Source of the DNA: an uncultured delta proteobacterium
GTDB lineage: Bacteria; Desulfobacterota; Binatia; Binatales; Binataceae
Direction of reading: 5' to 3'
Length of the DNA: 64,000 bases
Assembly (NCBI GenBank): GCA_963794325.1
Contig: CAWCDG010000004.1
Span: 1,312,001-1,376,000 of the forward strand
Position numbers and translations under genes: made by a program. This document shows, piece by piece, positions 1-8,980 of this stretch. Each line of letters starts with the position of its first letter. Within the stretch, counting starts at the first letter, position 1. Under the pieces are notes generated by a model. The model worked only from the letters and a program-made list of their open reading frames with translations. It searched no databases and had not been told where the DNA came from.

Positions 1-2
1 CG

Positions 3-1169
3 GGCGCGCTCGCCGGAATCCGCGACCGTCCCATCGTCCTCAAGCGCTACGTCAACGGCGCCGACGGTGAGGCGTTCTATCAAAAGCGCGCACCGGCGCA
101 GCGTCCGTCGTGGCTGCGAACGATCACGCTCGCGTTTCCGTCGGGACGCACCGCGGAAGAGATCGTGGTCGATGACAGTGCGGGGCTTGCATGGGTCGTC
201 AATCTCGGATGCATCGAGCTGCATCCGCATCCGGTGCGCTCCGGCGATCTCGATCATCCCGATGAGTTGAGGGTCGATCTCGATCCTGGTCCCGGCGTCA
301 GTTGGGCGGACGTGCGCGCGGTCGCGCTCGAGGTGAAGTCGCTGCTCGATGAGATGGGCCTTCGCGGCTGGCCCAAAACCAGCGGATCGCGCGGGATGCA
401 TATCAATGTGCGGATTCATCCGCGATGGACCTTCGACGAGGTGCGTCGCGCGGCGCTCGCCCTGTCGCGAGCGGTCGAACGTCGCGCGCCCACCATCGCC
501 ACATCGAAATGGTGGAAGGAGGAGCGGCACGGCGTGTTCCTCGACTACAATCAGAACGCGAAGGACCGCACTACCTGCTCTGCATATTCTGTGCGGCCGG
601 TGCCCGACGCTCGCGTCTCTGCGCCGCTGCACTGGCACGAGGTTCCCGACTGCGACCCGTCCGACTTCACCGTGCTCACAATTCCAAAACGGTTCGCTGA
701 GATTGGCGATCCGAATAAAGGCATCGACGCGGCGCCGGGGACGCTCGAGAAGCTCTTAGAAGTGGCGGCTCAAGACGAGGCCGCGGGCCTCGGCGACGCG
801 CCATGGCCTCCGCACTTCCGCAAGACGGAAAGCGAACCGCGTCGAGTTGCGCCGTCGCGCGCCAGGTCCGTCACCAAGGCGCCGCGAACGAAGATGCCTC
901 TGATTACGATTGCGAACTCGCCAAACAAGGAGGCTGCGCTTGCGGGTCTCGAGAGATGGAAACTCAAACATGTCGAGGTTGCGAAGCTGCTCGCCGCCGA
1001 TGACGTGCTGGTCGATTCGATGCGCGGACGGTCGTCCACCTGGACGCGGATCAGAATCAACCTGCGCCATGTGCCCGAGGAGCTACGCCCTGTGAATGAA
1101 ATTCCTGATCCCGATGACGACCCAACTCGCGAATGGCGCAACATGCGCACGTCGAAGAAGAGCACTTGA
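3..1169 (+). CDS. AEP-family primase-polymerase (LigD polymerase-domain / Prim-PolC-like), 5' end outside window
   Basis: Frame is open from base 3 (GALAGIRDRPIVLKRYVNG..FYQKRAP). Motifs ELRVDLDP, KTSGSRGMH, FLDYNQN, AYSVR. Convergent with a LigC-like ligase. Confidence 0.9.
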   Translation, partial: GALAGIRDRPIVLKRYVNGADGEAFYQKRAPAQRPSWLRTITLAFPSGRTAEEIVVDDSAGLAWVVNLGCIELHPHPVRSGDLDHPDELRVDLDPGPGVSWADVRAVALEVKSLLDEMGLRGWPKTSGSRGMHINVRIHPRWTFDEVRRAALALSRAVERRAPTIATSKWWKEERHGVFLDYNQNAKDRTTCSAYSVRPVPDARVSAPLHWHEVPDCDPSDFTVLTIPKRFAEIGDPNKGIDAAPGTLEKLLEVAAQDEAAGLGDAPWPPHFRKTESEPRRVAPSRARSVTKAPRTKMPLITIANSPNKEAALAGLERWKLKHVEVAKLLAADDVLVDSMRGRSSTWTRIRINLRHVPEELRPVNEIPDPDDDPTREWRNMRTSKKST

Positions 1170-1179
1170 TCGGCGCGAG

Positions 1180-2259
1180 CTAGTCTCCGGCAAAAATCGC
1201 TTTCAGCTCGTGCGGCGGAACGACTTCGAGCTGCGCGTAGGTGCAATCGCGCGGACTCTTGTCGGTGCGCCACCTCCGGAACTGCGCCATATGACGGAAG
1301 CGAGTGCCCTGCATATGCTCGTATGCGACTTCGACGATCAGCTCGGGTCTGAGCGGCTCCCACGATAAGTCCTTGCCGTGACTCCAACGGCTCTGCCCGC
1401 CGGGCATCCGATGCGTCGCGTCATCTGAAGTAGGTGCCGCCCACGACTCCCACGGATGATCGGCGAGCGCGTCGCGACGATAGGGCGCCAGAAATTTCAC
1501 CAGCTCCTGGCGCCTGGACTGCGTGAAGCTCGCGCAGACGCCGACGTGTTGCAGCGCGCCCGAACCGTCATACAGGCCGAGCAGCAGCGAGCCCACTGCC
1601 GTGCCCTCGCCGTTTTTATGCCATCGAAAGCCGGCTACGACGCAATCGCAGTCGCGCTCGTGCTTGACCTTGAACATCACGCGCTTGTCGGGCTGATAGG
1701 TGCCGGAAATCGGCTTGGCCATAACGCCGTCAAGGCCCGCGCCTTCGAAGCGCTTGAACCAATCCGATGCGACGGCTGGTTCACGCGTTGCCGGAGTCAG
1801 ATGGAGCGGCGGCATCGCGCTCGCCAGCATCGACTCGAGCTTTTCGCGCCGCCGCTCGAACGGTTCGGTCCGCCAATCGCGGTCCCCTTCGCATAGCAGG
1901 TCGAAAAACACGATCGATGCGGGACTCTGCTGTGAAAGCAGTTTGACCCGCGACGCCGCAGGATGAATCCGAAGCTGCAATTCCTCGAAATCGAGGCCAT
2001 CGTTTTTTGCGAGCACGATTTCGCCGTCGAGAACGCATCGAGCAGGCAGCTGCACTTTGAGCGGCTCGAGCAATTCGGGAAAGTAGCGATTCAACGATTT
2101 CGTATCGCGGCTCTGAATCAGGATTTCGTCGCCATCGCGAAAAATCAGCGCGCGAAACCCGTCCCACTTGGGTTCGAAGATCCATAACTGGCCCGCAGGT
2201 AACTCGTCGATTCGCTTGGCGAGCATCGGCAGCACCGGCGGATTCGCAGGAAGGTTCAC
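1180..2259 (-). CDS. ligC: ATP-dependent DNA ligase, LigC type
   Basis: EPKWDGFR adenylation motif, LDGEIV, FFDLL, DGVMAK, KVKH, RFRH..F.RWRTDK. Start moved to GTG 2259 (MNLPANPP). Confidence 0.9.
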   Translation of the reverse strand: MNLPANPPVLPMLAKRIDELPAGQLWIFEPKWDGFRALIFRDGDEILIQSRDTKSLNRYFPELLEPLKVQLPARCVLDGEIVLAKNDGLDFEELQLRIHPAASRVKLLSQQSPASIVFFDLLCEGDRDWRTEPFERRREKLESMLASAMPPLHLTPATREPAVASDWFKRFEGAGLDGVMAKPISGTYQPDKRVMFKVKHERDCDCVVAGFRWHKNGEGTAVGSLLLGLYDGSGALQHVGVCASFTQSRRQELVKFLAPYRRDALADHPWESWAAPTSDDATHRMPGGQSRWSHGKDLSWEPLRPELIVEVAYEHMQGTRFRHMAQFRRWRTDKSPRDCTYAQLEVVPPHELKAIFAGD

Positions 2260-2495
2260 GCTTCCAACGCTATTACCGTCACAGCGACGAACCAATCCCG
2301 ACGACGCATCAGGCTGTTACTTGATCATGGCGACGATTGATCGCTGAATGATCGCCGGCTCCCGCGCCGCATCGATTTCCCGATATGTAAATTTTACAGC
2401 GTCGCAGTTTAAGGAACTCAGGCGCGCCAGCGCGTTGGGCTGATCCTGTCCGGCGCGAGTTTTGCTCTATCAACAGGTAGCACGAGGTAAGGGCG

Positions 2496-3296
2496 ATGCC
2501 TGTAAGAACCCTCATATACAACGCCTACCGCGACTACAGCAGCAAGCGTTCACAGCTTCTTTCAGATCCCATCTTTCATGTCGAAGGTATTTCCAAGGAC
2601 CAGCCGGAAACGATTCTATTGATTCCGGGCTTCAGCTCCGGCGACTGGACGTTCAGCACGATGGCGCGATGGCTACACCAAATCGGTCATCGCACACACC
2701 TTTCGGGAATCAACGTCAACGTCGGATGTCCGCAACGCAAAGTCGAGCGGATGCTCGGTCGGCTGGAAGATATCTCGAGGGATGCGGGAGGCAGGATCGT
2801 TATCATCGGTCATAGCCTGGGAGGATTGGTTGGATGCGCGCTAGCTCGCAATCGTCCCGACCTGGTCCATCATGTCATCGCGATTGGTTCGCCACTGCGT
2901 AGTGGATGGCAGGCAGTCGCACCAGAAGTGCGGCCGGCGCTATTCGCGGTTCACTCATTTTTTCAGAAGTTCATCGAAACGCCGCTGGGCTGCGGAACGG
3001 AACGATGCACCTGCGATTTTTCTGTTGAAGCTTATGGAGCCCAGTTGCCGCCCGGCGTTCGGATCACCTCGATCTATTCTCGCCACGACGGGATAGTTGA
3101 TTGGAGGTTCTCCACCACCGAGTTCGGCGATAACTATGAAGTGGACGGCCTGCATACCGACCTGGTGGTGAATGTCCAGGTCTATCGGATTTTGAGCAAC
3201 CTGTTAGCCGGCTATCCGCGCGAGATCGTAAAGCTCCGCATGATGGCCGCCGCCGCATCGGACATTGAAGACGGGTCCTTAGAGATAAACTTTTAG
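2496..3296 (+). CDS. alpha/beta hydrolase (lipase/esterase-like)
   Basis: LIPGF oxyanion loop, GHSLGG nucleophile elbow, SRHDGIV and C-terminal His. Confidence 0.85.
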   Translation: MPVRTLIYNAYRDYSSKRSQLLSDPIFHVEGISKDQPETILLIPGFSSGDWTFSTMARWLHQIGHRTHLSGINVNVGCPQRKVERMLGRLEDISRDAGGRIVIIGHSLGGLVGCALARNRPDLVHHVIAIGSPLRSGWQAVAPEVRPALFAVHSFFQKFIETPLGCGTERCTCDFSVEAYGAQLPPGVRITSIYSRHDGIVDWRFSTTEFGDNYEVDGLHTDLVVNVQVYRILSNLLAGYPREIVKLRMMAAAASDIEDGSLEINF

Positions 3297-3336
3297 CCTG
3301 ACCGTCGCGGATTTTCTTTGCTATCTTCTGGGAACC

Positions 3337-4308
3337 TTGAGATTCGCACTGGGAATCGTGGTGGTTCTATGTCTCTTCTGCGTCGCCTCCGAGGCGAACG
3401 CGGCCTCATCGAGCCCATCCGCAACGCCGGCTCCGACCGAGATACTTTCTATCGGCGGCGCCACTATCAATGTGGAGATCGAGCCGGGCGCTCTTACTTT
3501 GTCACGCACTCAGGTACTCGACTGGGTTCGACGATCGGCTTGTGCAGTGACCGAATACTATGGCGGCTTTCCCGTTCGAAACGTGAACGTGAAAGTCGTG
3601 CCAATTGACGAAGGCAAGGGTGTACTCTTTGGCAGGACGGTCCTGGTCGATAACACTCTTGTCATAAGAGTCGGCTTATCGAGGCTCGCCACAGATTCAA
3701 GCCTGCATGATGACTGGGTAATGACGCATGAGATGGTGCATCTCGCATTCCCTTCGGTGTCCGACGATCACCACTGGATCGAAGAAGGGATTGCCACCTA
3801 TGTCGAGCCGATCGGCCGCGCACAGGTCGGCGATCTTCCGGCGGGGACAGTCTGGCGCGAACTGGTGGACGGCCTTCCTAAAGGACTACCTGCGCCCGGC
3901 GACCGAGGCCTCGATAACACTCACACCTGGGGCCGCACCTATTGGGGCGGCGCATTGTTCTGCCTGATGGCGGATATCGAGATTCATCAGCGCACCAACA
4001 ATCGATACGGACTCCAGGATGCATTGCGGGGGATCGTCCGCGCCGGCGGTAACATGGAACACGACTGGCCGCTCGATCGAGCTTTGAAAGCTGGAGACGA
4101 TGCCGTTGGCGTCCCGGTCCTCATCGAGTTGTACGACAGGATGAAAGCAACTCCGGTAACTCCCGACCTCTCCGCGATGTGGCGTGACTTGGGCGTTCGC
4201 CAGTCCGGCGATTCCGTAACCTTCGATCAAACCGCCCCACAAGCTTTAATCGTTCGCTCGATCATGATGAGACGATCAAGCCCGGGCGTTCCATGCGTGC
4301 GCGATTGA
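3337..4308 (+). CDS. secreted gluzincin-type zinc metallopeptidase-like protein (M61/M1-like)
   Basis: Signal peptide, HEMVH zinc motif followed by WIEEGIATY, and YWGGAL. Confidence 0.7.
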   Translation: MRFALGIVVVLCLFCVASEANAASSSPSATPAPTEILSIGGATINVEIEPGALTLSRTQVLDWVRRSACAVTEYYGGFPVRNVNVKVVPIDEGKGVLFGRTVLVDNTLVIRVGLSRLATDSSLHDDWVMTHEMVHLAFPSVSDDHHWIEEGIATYVEPIGRAQVGDLPAGTVWRELVDGLPKGLPAPGDRGLDNTHTWGRTYWGGALFCLMADIEIHQRTNNRYGLQDALRGIVRAGGNMEHDWPLDRALKAGDDAVGVPVLIELYDRMKATPVTPDLSAMWRDLGVRQSGDSVTFDQTAPQALIVRSIMMRRSSPGVPCVRD

Positions 4309-4336
4309 ATCCATTCAACGGCAGATGCCCCGTCAT

Positions 4337-4678
4337 TCATTGGGCGGCGTAGCAGATGAACGTATCGGTTTGGTCGAACGCGGGGTCATGCGCCGGATAG
4401 CAGGCAAGCTTGGCATCCAGACTTTTGGTTTCAGAGCCCGTCGATTCCTTGCCGCTGAACATCCCCGTATAAGGCGGAGCATTACGTTGGACTGTGATGG
4501 TCCCATTTGCTTGGCCCGAATTGCCTGAATTGGCCGGACCGCCCGGGAGACCTAAGCCGCCTAACAACTGCGACAATCCATCGACACCCTGTGCCTGTGA
4601 CGAATACGGCAATATGAGACAAGACAAAAGAAGCAGCGCCGTCGCACCGATGAATAGTGTTGATCGCGTGATTCTCAT
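4337..4678 (-). CDS. small secreted hypothetical protein
   Basis: MRITRS.. start with hydrophobic signal peptide and two C-terminal Cys. No family recognised. Confidence 0.55.
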   Translation of the reverse strand: MRITRSTLFIGATALLLLSCLILPYSSQAQGVDGLSQLLGGLGLPGGPANSGNSGQANGTITVQRNAPPYTGMFSGKESTGSETKSLDAKLACYPAHDPAFDQTDTFICYAAQ

Positions 4679-4801
4679 ATACCCCTGGACAACGAACTCA
4701 TGTCGTCCCACTGAAAGACGAAACCCTTCCACGCGGGTTACAAGAATAATCGAAAATGAGGCGCAGCGAACTTCCAGCGAATCTCTAAGTTGTGAGTGTC
4801 A

Positions 4802-5083
4802 TCAGGCCCGGGCGCGCGCCCATGCCTGGAGCTCCTTGATTTGGGTGTATCCGCCGCTGCCCTCGACGATGCCCTGCTTGCGGGCATCATGAATACAGTC
4901 CACCGGACACAGCGGAACGCAGAAGCCGCAGTCGATGCACTCTTCGAGCACGATCGCGAATCGCCCCAGGAAGTCCTCTTCTACGCGGTAGATCGCATCG
5001 ACCTTGCCGGGGCAGGCGTGATCGCACGCACCGCATCCGATGCAAGTCTCGTCGATATAGTAGTGTCCAGCCCTATGCGCCAT
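4802..5083 (-). CDS. 2x[4Fe-4S] ferredoxin
   Basis: CIGCGACDHACP and CIDCGFCVPLCP motifs. ATG at 5083, 5 nt after the upstream gene's stop. Confidence 0.9.
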   Translation of the reverse strand: MAHRAGHYYIDETCIGCGACDHACPGKVDAIYRVEEDFLGRFAIVLEECIDCGFCVPLCPVDCIHDARKQGIVEGSGGYTQIKELQAWARARA

Positions 5084-5088
5084 TTGGG

Positions 5089-5577
5089 CTAGCCCTCGAA
5101 GATCGTTCGAAACGCCGAGGACGCGTTGATGAATTCCTGCAGGCTCTGGTTGTAGCGGAAGAATAAATCCTTGCGCAGCGGGTCTTCCGACCAAACGCGG
5201 ATCGGCGTTCCGGGGTGGCTCAGATAGTTAAGCGTATGGGTCAGGTCGGGGCGCCCGTGACCCCGCGCGATAACCTCGATCATCTCGCGCCAAGTCGCGA
5301 GCGATGCCTCCAATGTGAAGTCGGCCCGCGCGGCGTCACCAGGCCCTGCTTCGCGCACATCCGTCGCATCGAATTCCTCAAACGTTACCAGCACGCTCCA
5401 CGGCTTCCCGCCGAGGCCGCCGTCGAGCACGCTGAACTGCGCGACGCAGTCGATGTAGCCAAGATGCTCGTGCAGGGTGCGCTTAATTTTCATCAACTGC
5501 GCGAGTCGCTCAAACCATTCGCTCGACGGGAATGCAATCGCGCGTTCCGCCGGTTCAGTGATAGTCTGCGCTTCCAT
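5089..5577 (-). CDS. SCP2 (sterol/lipid carrier)-like hypothetical protein
   Basis: FPSSEWF N-terminal motif and ADFTLEASLATWREMI resemble SCP2-like proteins. The ATG overlaps the upstream stop (TGATG at 5575-5579). Confidence 0.5.
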   Translation of the reverse strand: MEAQTITEPAERAIAFPSSEWFERLAQLMKIKRTLHEHLGYIDCVAQFSVLDGGLGGKPWSVLVTFEEFDATDVREAGPGDAARADFTLEASLATWREMIEVIARGHGRPDLTHTLNYLSHPGTPIRVWSEDPLRKDLFFRYNQSLQEFINASSAFRTIFEG

Positions 5578-6767
5578 CAGTTTTGCCCCCATGGTGATTC
5601 GAGCGGAATCGTGCAGCGCTCGCGCCGGCTGAATCCAGCCCGATCGCATCGCTGCAGATACTCCTCGACCGACATCTTCCATAGCCGCCCCTGGCCTTCC
5701 ATGCCCTGATCGATCTTGTCGAGTCCGCCGCCGAGCAGGATGGCGACCGGCTCAACCAACGCGGCTTCGGTGAAAGATGTGAGGATCACCTGCTCTCCGA
5801 CGTCGGCAAATCGATGCATCTCCTCGACGGCCGCCTCGCGATCCGGCGCGTGATCGAGGTAGTTCTTGAGTTCCAACACGCCGTAAGAAACGTGGCGCGC
5901 CTCATCCTGCAGGCAGCGCCGGAAGATTTCCTTGTCGACGTGGGTTTTGGCGATCATCTCGCCCGAACGGAAAATCGAGAGCACCAACCCTTCGCCGAGC
6001 AGGTTCAACAAGAAGGTTCCCATCGTGTGCGTTGGCGCATCGATGATCGCCTTGAGTGCCCACTCGAAACCGGGCGATGCATGCAACAGACCGCCGCCCG
6101 CGATCGCACGCTTGCGGAATACCTCCTGGTGACGCGCCTCGTCCATCAACTGCGTCACAAGGAAGCTCTTCACCTCCAGGAAGTCTTGCGGGATTCGATA
6201 CAGCCACTTCGCCGGGAAATCGCCCGCGACGAATTCAACCTCGGTGAGAAAGGTGCAGAGCTGGCAAGTCGCCTTCTCGAGATCGTCAGGCAGGCGTTCG
6301 AGCTCGCTCCACGGGATGTCGCGGGTCGCGTTCCACTGGCGCGCCTTCGCTTCCTCGTACAGCGTCACGACGTTGTCGGCCCACGACTCGTCGCGGTTTA
6401 CCAAAGTGTAGGCATCCACGATCGGCATTTCGGCTGCGTACTCATCGCGAACCGAACCGCGCGCTGCGAAGTTCAGCCAGGTCGCCTTCTCCGGAATCAC
6501 GCCGTAACCGGGAACGTGGTTGACGTCCGTGTAGGTAAGTCCGCGCGAAGACGGTTTCGCGCGCTTGCCCCACGATGCCTTGTCAGTGTTCATCCAATGC
6601 AGCGAGTAGGAACCCCTCTTCATCCGCTCCGCGTTACGATCGAGGATCTCGGCCCACTTGGTGGCGTACTGCTTAAACTCGGACTCGTACGTAGCCACCG
6701 CCTCTTCATTCATCGAAGGCGAAGGTGGTAGCGGTCTCAGCGATTCGACCCGTGATGCGTTTGACAT
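5577..6767 (-). CDS. ferritin-like diiron-carboxylate protein (putative oxygenase/desaturase)
   Basis: Ligand pattern E(VEF)...DEARH...GEG...DEARH. YEEAKARQW..DIPW resembles AurF/desaturase-like proteins. Confidence 0.8.
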   Translation of the reverse strand: MSNASRVESLRPLPPSPSMNEEAVATYESEFKQYATKWAEILDRNAERMKRGSYSLHWMNTDKASWGKRAKPSSRGLTYTDVNHVPGYGVIPEKATWLNFAARGSVRDEYAAEMPIVDAYTLVNRDESWADNVVTLYEEAKARQWNATRDIPWSELERLPDDLEKATCQLCTFLTEVEFVAGDFPAKWLYRIPQDFLEVKSFLVTQLMDEARHQEVFRKRAIAGGGLLHASPGFEWALKAIIDAPTHTMGTFLLNLLGEGLVLSIFRSGEMIAKTHVDKEIFRRCLQDEARHVSYGVLELKNYLDHAPDREAAVEEMHRFADVGEQVILTSFTEAALVEPVAILLGGGLDKIDQGMEGQGRLWKMSVEEYLQRCDRAGFSRRERCTIPLESPWGQN

Positions 6768-6810
6768 AGATGACCTCGCTCGAAAATTTGGTGAGTCAGA
6801 ACATAGGAGA

Positions 6811-6830
6811 TATTGATAGTATTGTCAATA
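6811..6830. promoter_or_regulatory. 20-bp palindromic operator TATTGATAGTATTGTCAATA (LuxR/HapR/OpaR-type box)
   Basis: AT-rich inverted repeat (TATTGA..TCAATA arms) in the short divergent intergenic region. Matches 16/20 positions of the recalled Vibrio master-regulator consensus TATTGATAAATTTATCAATA. Confidence 0.75.
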
Positions 6831-6839
6831 GCAGCTAGG

Positions 6840-7457
6840 GTGAGAACCGTGCAACGGAAATCTTCGACGAAACGTGTGAGGGCGCGCCGACTCGATCCCG
6901 CCGAGCGACGGCCGCAACTGCTGCAGTGCGCGATCAGGGTCTTCGCCCGCCGCGGCCTGGGCGGCGCTCATCACGCCGAAATAGCCAGGGAGGCGCGCGT
7001 ATCCGTCCCGACCGTGTTCTTTTACTTCCCGACCCGCGAAGCCCTGGTGATGGCGGTGCTCGATGAGGTCGCGCGATTTTTGACCGAGATGGCCGTACGG
7101 ATTCATTCAGGCGGCGGCGCCGCTCCCCGGATTGTCCTCGCTCACGCGCAAGCGTTTGCCGATTCAGTCGAGACCCATACCGACTATGCGCGCGTCTGGC
7201 TGGATTGGAGTACCGCGATTCGCGAAGAGATCTGGCCGCGCTATCTGGAATTTCAGGAAAATATAGTAGCGATCATCGCCAACACGATTCGTCGCTGGCG
7301 CCTTGAGCGCGAAATCGTTGATGACGAGGCCGAAGACGATGCCCGATTAATAGTCGGCTCAGCCCACATGATCGCGCAGCTGAAATTCACGCGCTGTCCG
7401 GCAGACAAAGTCGCTCACTTCCTGCGCACGCTGGTGCGCTCCACCCTCAGGCAGTGA
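6840..7457 (+). CDS. TetR-family regulator of the Vibrio LuxR/HapR/SmcR/OpaR type
   Basis: VFARRGLGGAHHAEIA..VSVPTVFFYFPTREAL and RVWLDWSTAIREEIWP parallel LuxR VFARRGIGRGGHADIA..VSVATVFNYFPTREDL and KVWFEWSASTRDEVWP (recalled). Start is GTG 6840 or 6849. Confidence 0.85.
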   Translation: MRTVQRKSSTKRVRARRLDPAERRPQLLQCAIRVFARRGLGGAHHAEIAREARVSVPTVFFYFPTREALVMAVLDEVARFLTEMAVRIHSGGGAAPRIVLAHAQAFADSVETHTDYARVWLDWSTAIREEIWPRYLEFQENIVAIIANTIRRWRLEREIVDDEAEDDARLIVGSAHMIAQLKFTRCPADKVAHFLRTLVRSTLRQ

Positions 7458-7504
7458 TATTGGTCGTAAGTCCGGCGAAATCCGTAGGTGGATAGCACAA
7501 AGCG

Positions 7505-8512
7505 ATGAAAGCAGGCGTTCTTCAATTCTTCAGCTGGCCTGAGCGGCGCGTACCGATCGAGACGGTCTACGAGCGCGCGCTACAGCGGATCGAAATAATG
7601 GAAAGCTCCGGCTATGACGCAGTGTGGCTCGCCGAACATCACTTCCATTCGTTCAGCGTATGTCCGTCGGTGCACATGATGGGTTTGCAGGTTGCCGCCC
7701 GCACGCGGCGGCTGCGAATTGGAACGGCGGTCTCGCTCGCCGCGTTTTATCATCCGTTGCGGCTGGCCGAAGAGGTCGCACTGCTCGACATCTTTTCGGG
7801 CGGGCGCGTGAACTGGGGCGCGGGACGTGGCTTCGACAGCACTGAGTTCCGGGCATTCGGGGTTACACCTGAAGAAAGCGCTGAGCGTTTCCACGAGTCA
7901 GTCGAAATCGTTCTAAAGGCGTGGACCAACGAGCGGCTGACGCACGAAGGGCGCTACTACAATTTTGTCGACGTCGAGGTCCTGCCCAAGCCACGGCAGA
8001 AGCCCCATCCTCCGGTCTGGCTGGCGGCTTCTTCGGAAGGAGCAATAAGACGGGCGGCGGCAAAGGGCTTCACAATCCTGATGGACCCGCACTCGTCGCA
8101 TCGGGAAATAGCGCGCAAGCGCGAGTTGTATCGCGCGGGACTGGAGGCTGGCGGCTGGTCGATTGCGGGGCGCGAGATTCCCATCGCGCGGTTTGTCGCG
8201 ATAGCTAACACTCCTCGCGAAGCGGAAGAAGTCGCGCGGCGCGGCGCGCGATGGCTCGTCGGCTCGTATGCACATCCGCAGGATGCCGACGTATCGAAGT
8301 TAAAGGCGGTCGACCCCGGGTTCGCCGCGTCGGGCACGGACCCTGCCGAACGTTACCTCAACGGCGTGATCGTATATGGCACTCCTGAAGCCGTGACCGA
8401 TCAGTTGATACGCTTGCGAGAGGAAATGCCCCTCGAATATCTGCTTTGCGCACCTTTGAGCCACGAGTCGTTCACTCTCTTCACCGACAAGGTGCTTCCG
8501 CGCCTGGCTTAG
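7505..8512 (+). CDS. luciferase-like (LLM) flavin-dependent monooxygenase
   Basis: WLAEHHF, HPLRLAEEVALLD..SGGR, GRG, PKPRQKPHPPVW. Confidence 0.9.
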   Translation: MKAGVLQFFSWPERRVPIETVYERALQRIEIMESSGYDAVWLAEHHFHSFSVCPSVHMMGLQVAARTRRLRIGTAVSLAAFYHPLRLAEEVALLDIFSGGRVNWGAGRGFDSTEFRAFGVTPEESAERFHESVEIVLKAWTNERLTHEGRYYNFVDVEVLPKPRQKPHPPVWLAASSEGAIRRAAAKGFTILMDPHSSHREIARKRELYRAGLEAGGWSIAGREIPIARFVAIANTPREAEEVARRGARWLVGSYAHPQDADVSKLKAVDPGFAASGTDPAERYLNGVIVYGTPEAVTDQLIRLREEMPLEYLLCAPLSHESFTLFTDKVLPRLA

Positions 8513-8514
8513 GC

Positions 8515-8973
8515 TCACTTCGCCGGATCAGCGTCGCCGCACAGGAATTTGCGGTAAACGGACAAAGCCGGATCGTTGGCTGCGTTGATCGTGCTCTTCG
8601 GATCGTTGCGCCAATCTCCGGCATCTACGCACATGTACTTGATGTTCTTGCCACAATCGTACGCATCCTTCATGAAACCGATCTTGCCGATATCTTCGGG
8701 TCGCGACACGTCGGAGCTTTCGTTGAAATAGATCAGGCCGTCATCGCCGCGATGCACCGATGCGGGGTCGAGGTACGCATGACCCGGGTTTCCTTCGACG
8801 TTGAGCGATTTGGTCGCTGGCTCCTCGACCCAACCATCTTTGCCTGCCCACTGAGCGTCGGCGCGATTCGAAAAGATGAGGACTATCAAAATTGCGATCA
8901 GCCAAACCCGATCGCATCCGCGAGACCTCTGCTTCCGCGATGGATCATCCGGGATCGCATAGTAGGTCTCCAT
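8515..8973 (-). CDS. exported hypothetical protein with Cys pairs
   Basis: Hydrophobic signal-like stretch and AYDC/MC/FLC cysteines. Follows the amidohydrolase pair on the same strand. Confidence 0.5.
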   Translation of the reverse strand: METYYAIPDDPSRKQRSRGCDRVWLIAILIVLIFSNRADAQWAGKDGWVEEPATKSLNVEGNPGHAYLDPASVHRGDDGLIYFNESSDVSRPEDIGKIGFMKDAYDCGKNIKYMCVDAGDWRNDPKSTINAANDPALSVYRKFLCGDADPAK

Positions 8974-8980
8974 TCGATGG

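Noticed and set aside
6840-8512. Bioluminescence/quorum-sensing lux locus (LuxR-type regulator beside a luciferase-like gene)
   Set aside because: There is only a single generic LLM gene, with no luxAB pair, luxCDE or autoinducer synthase.
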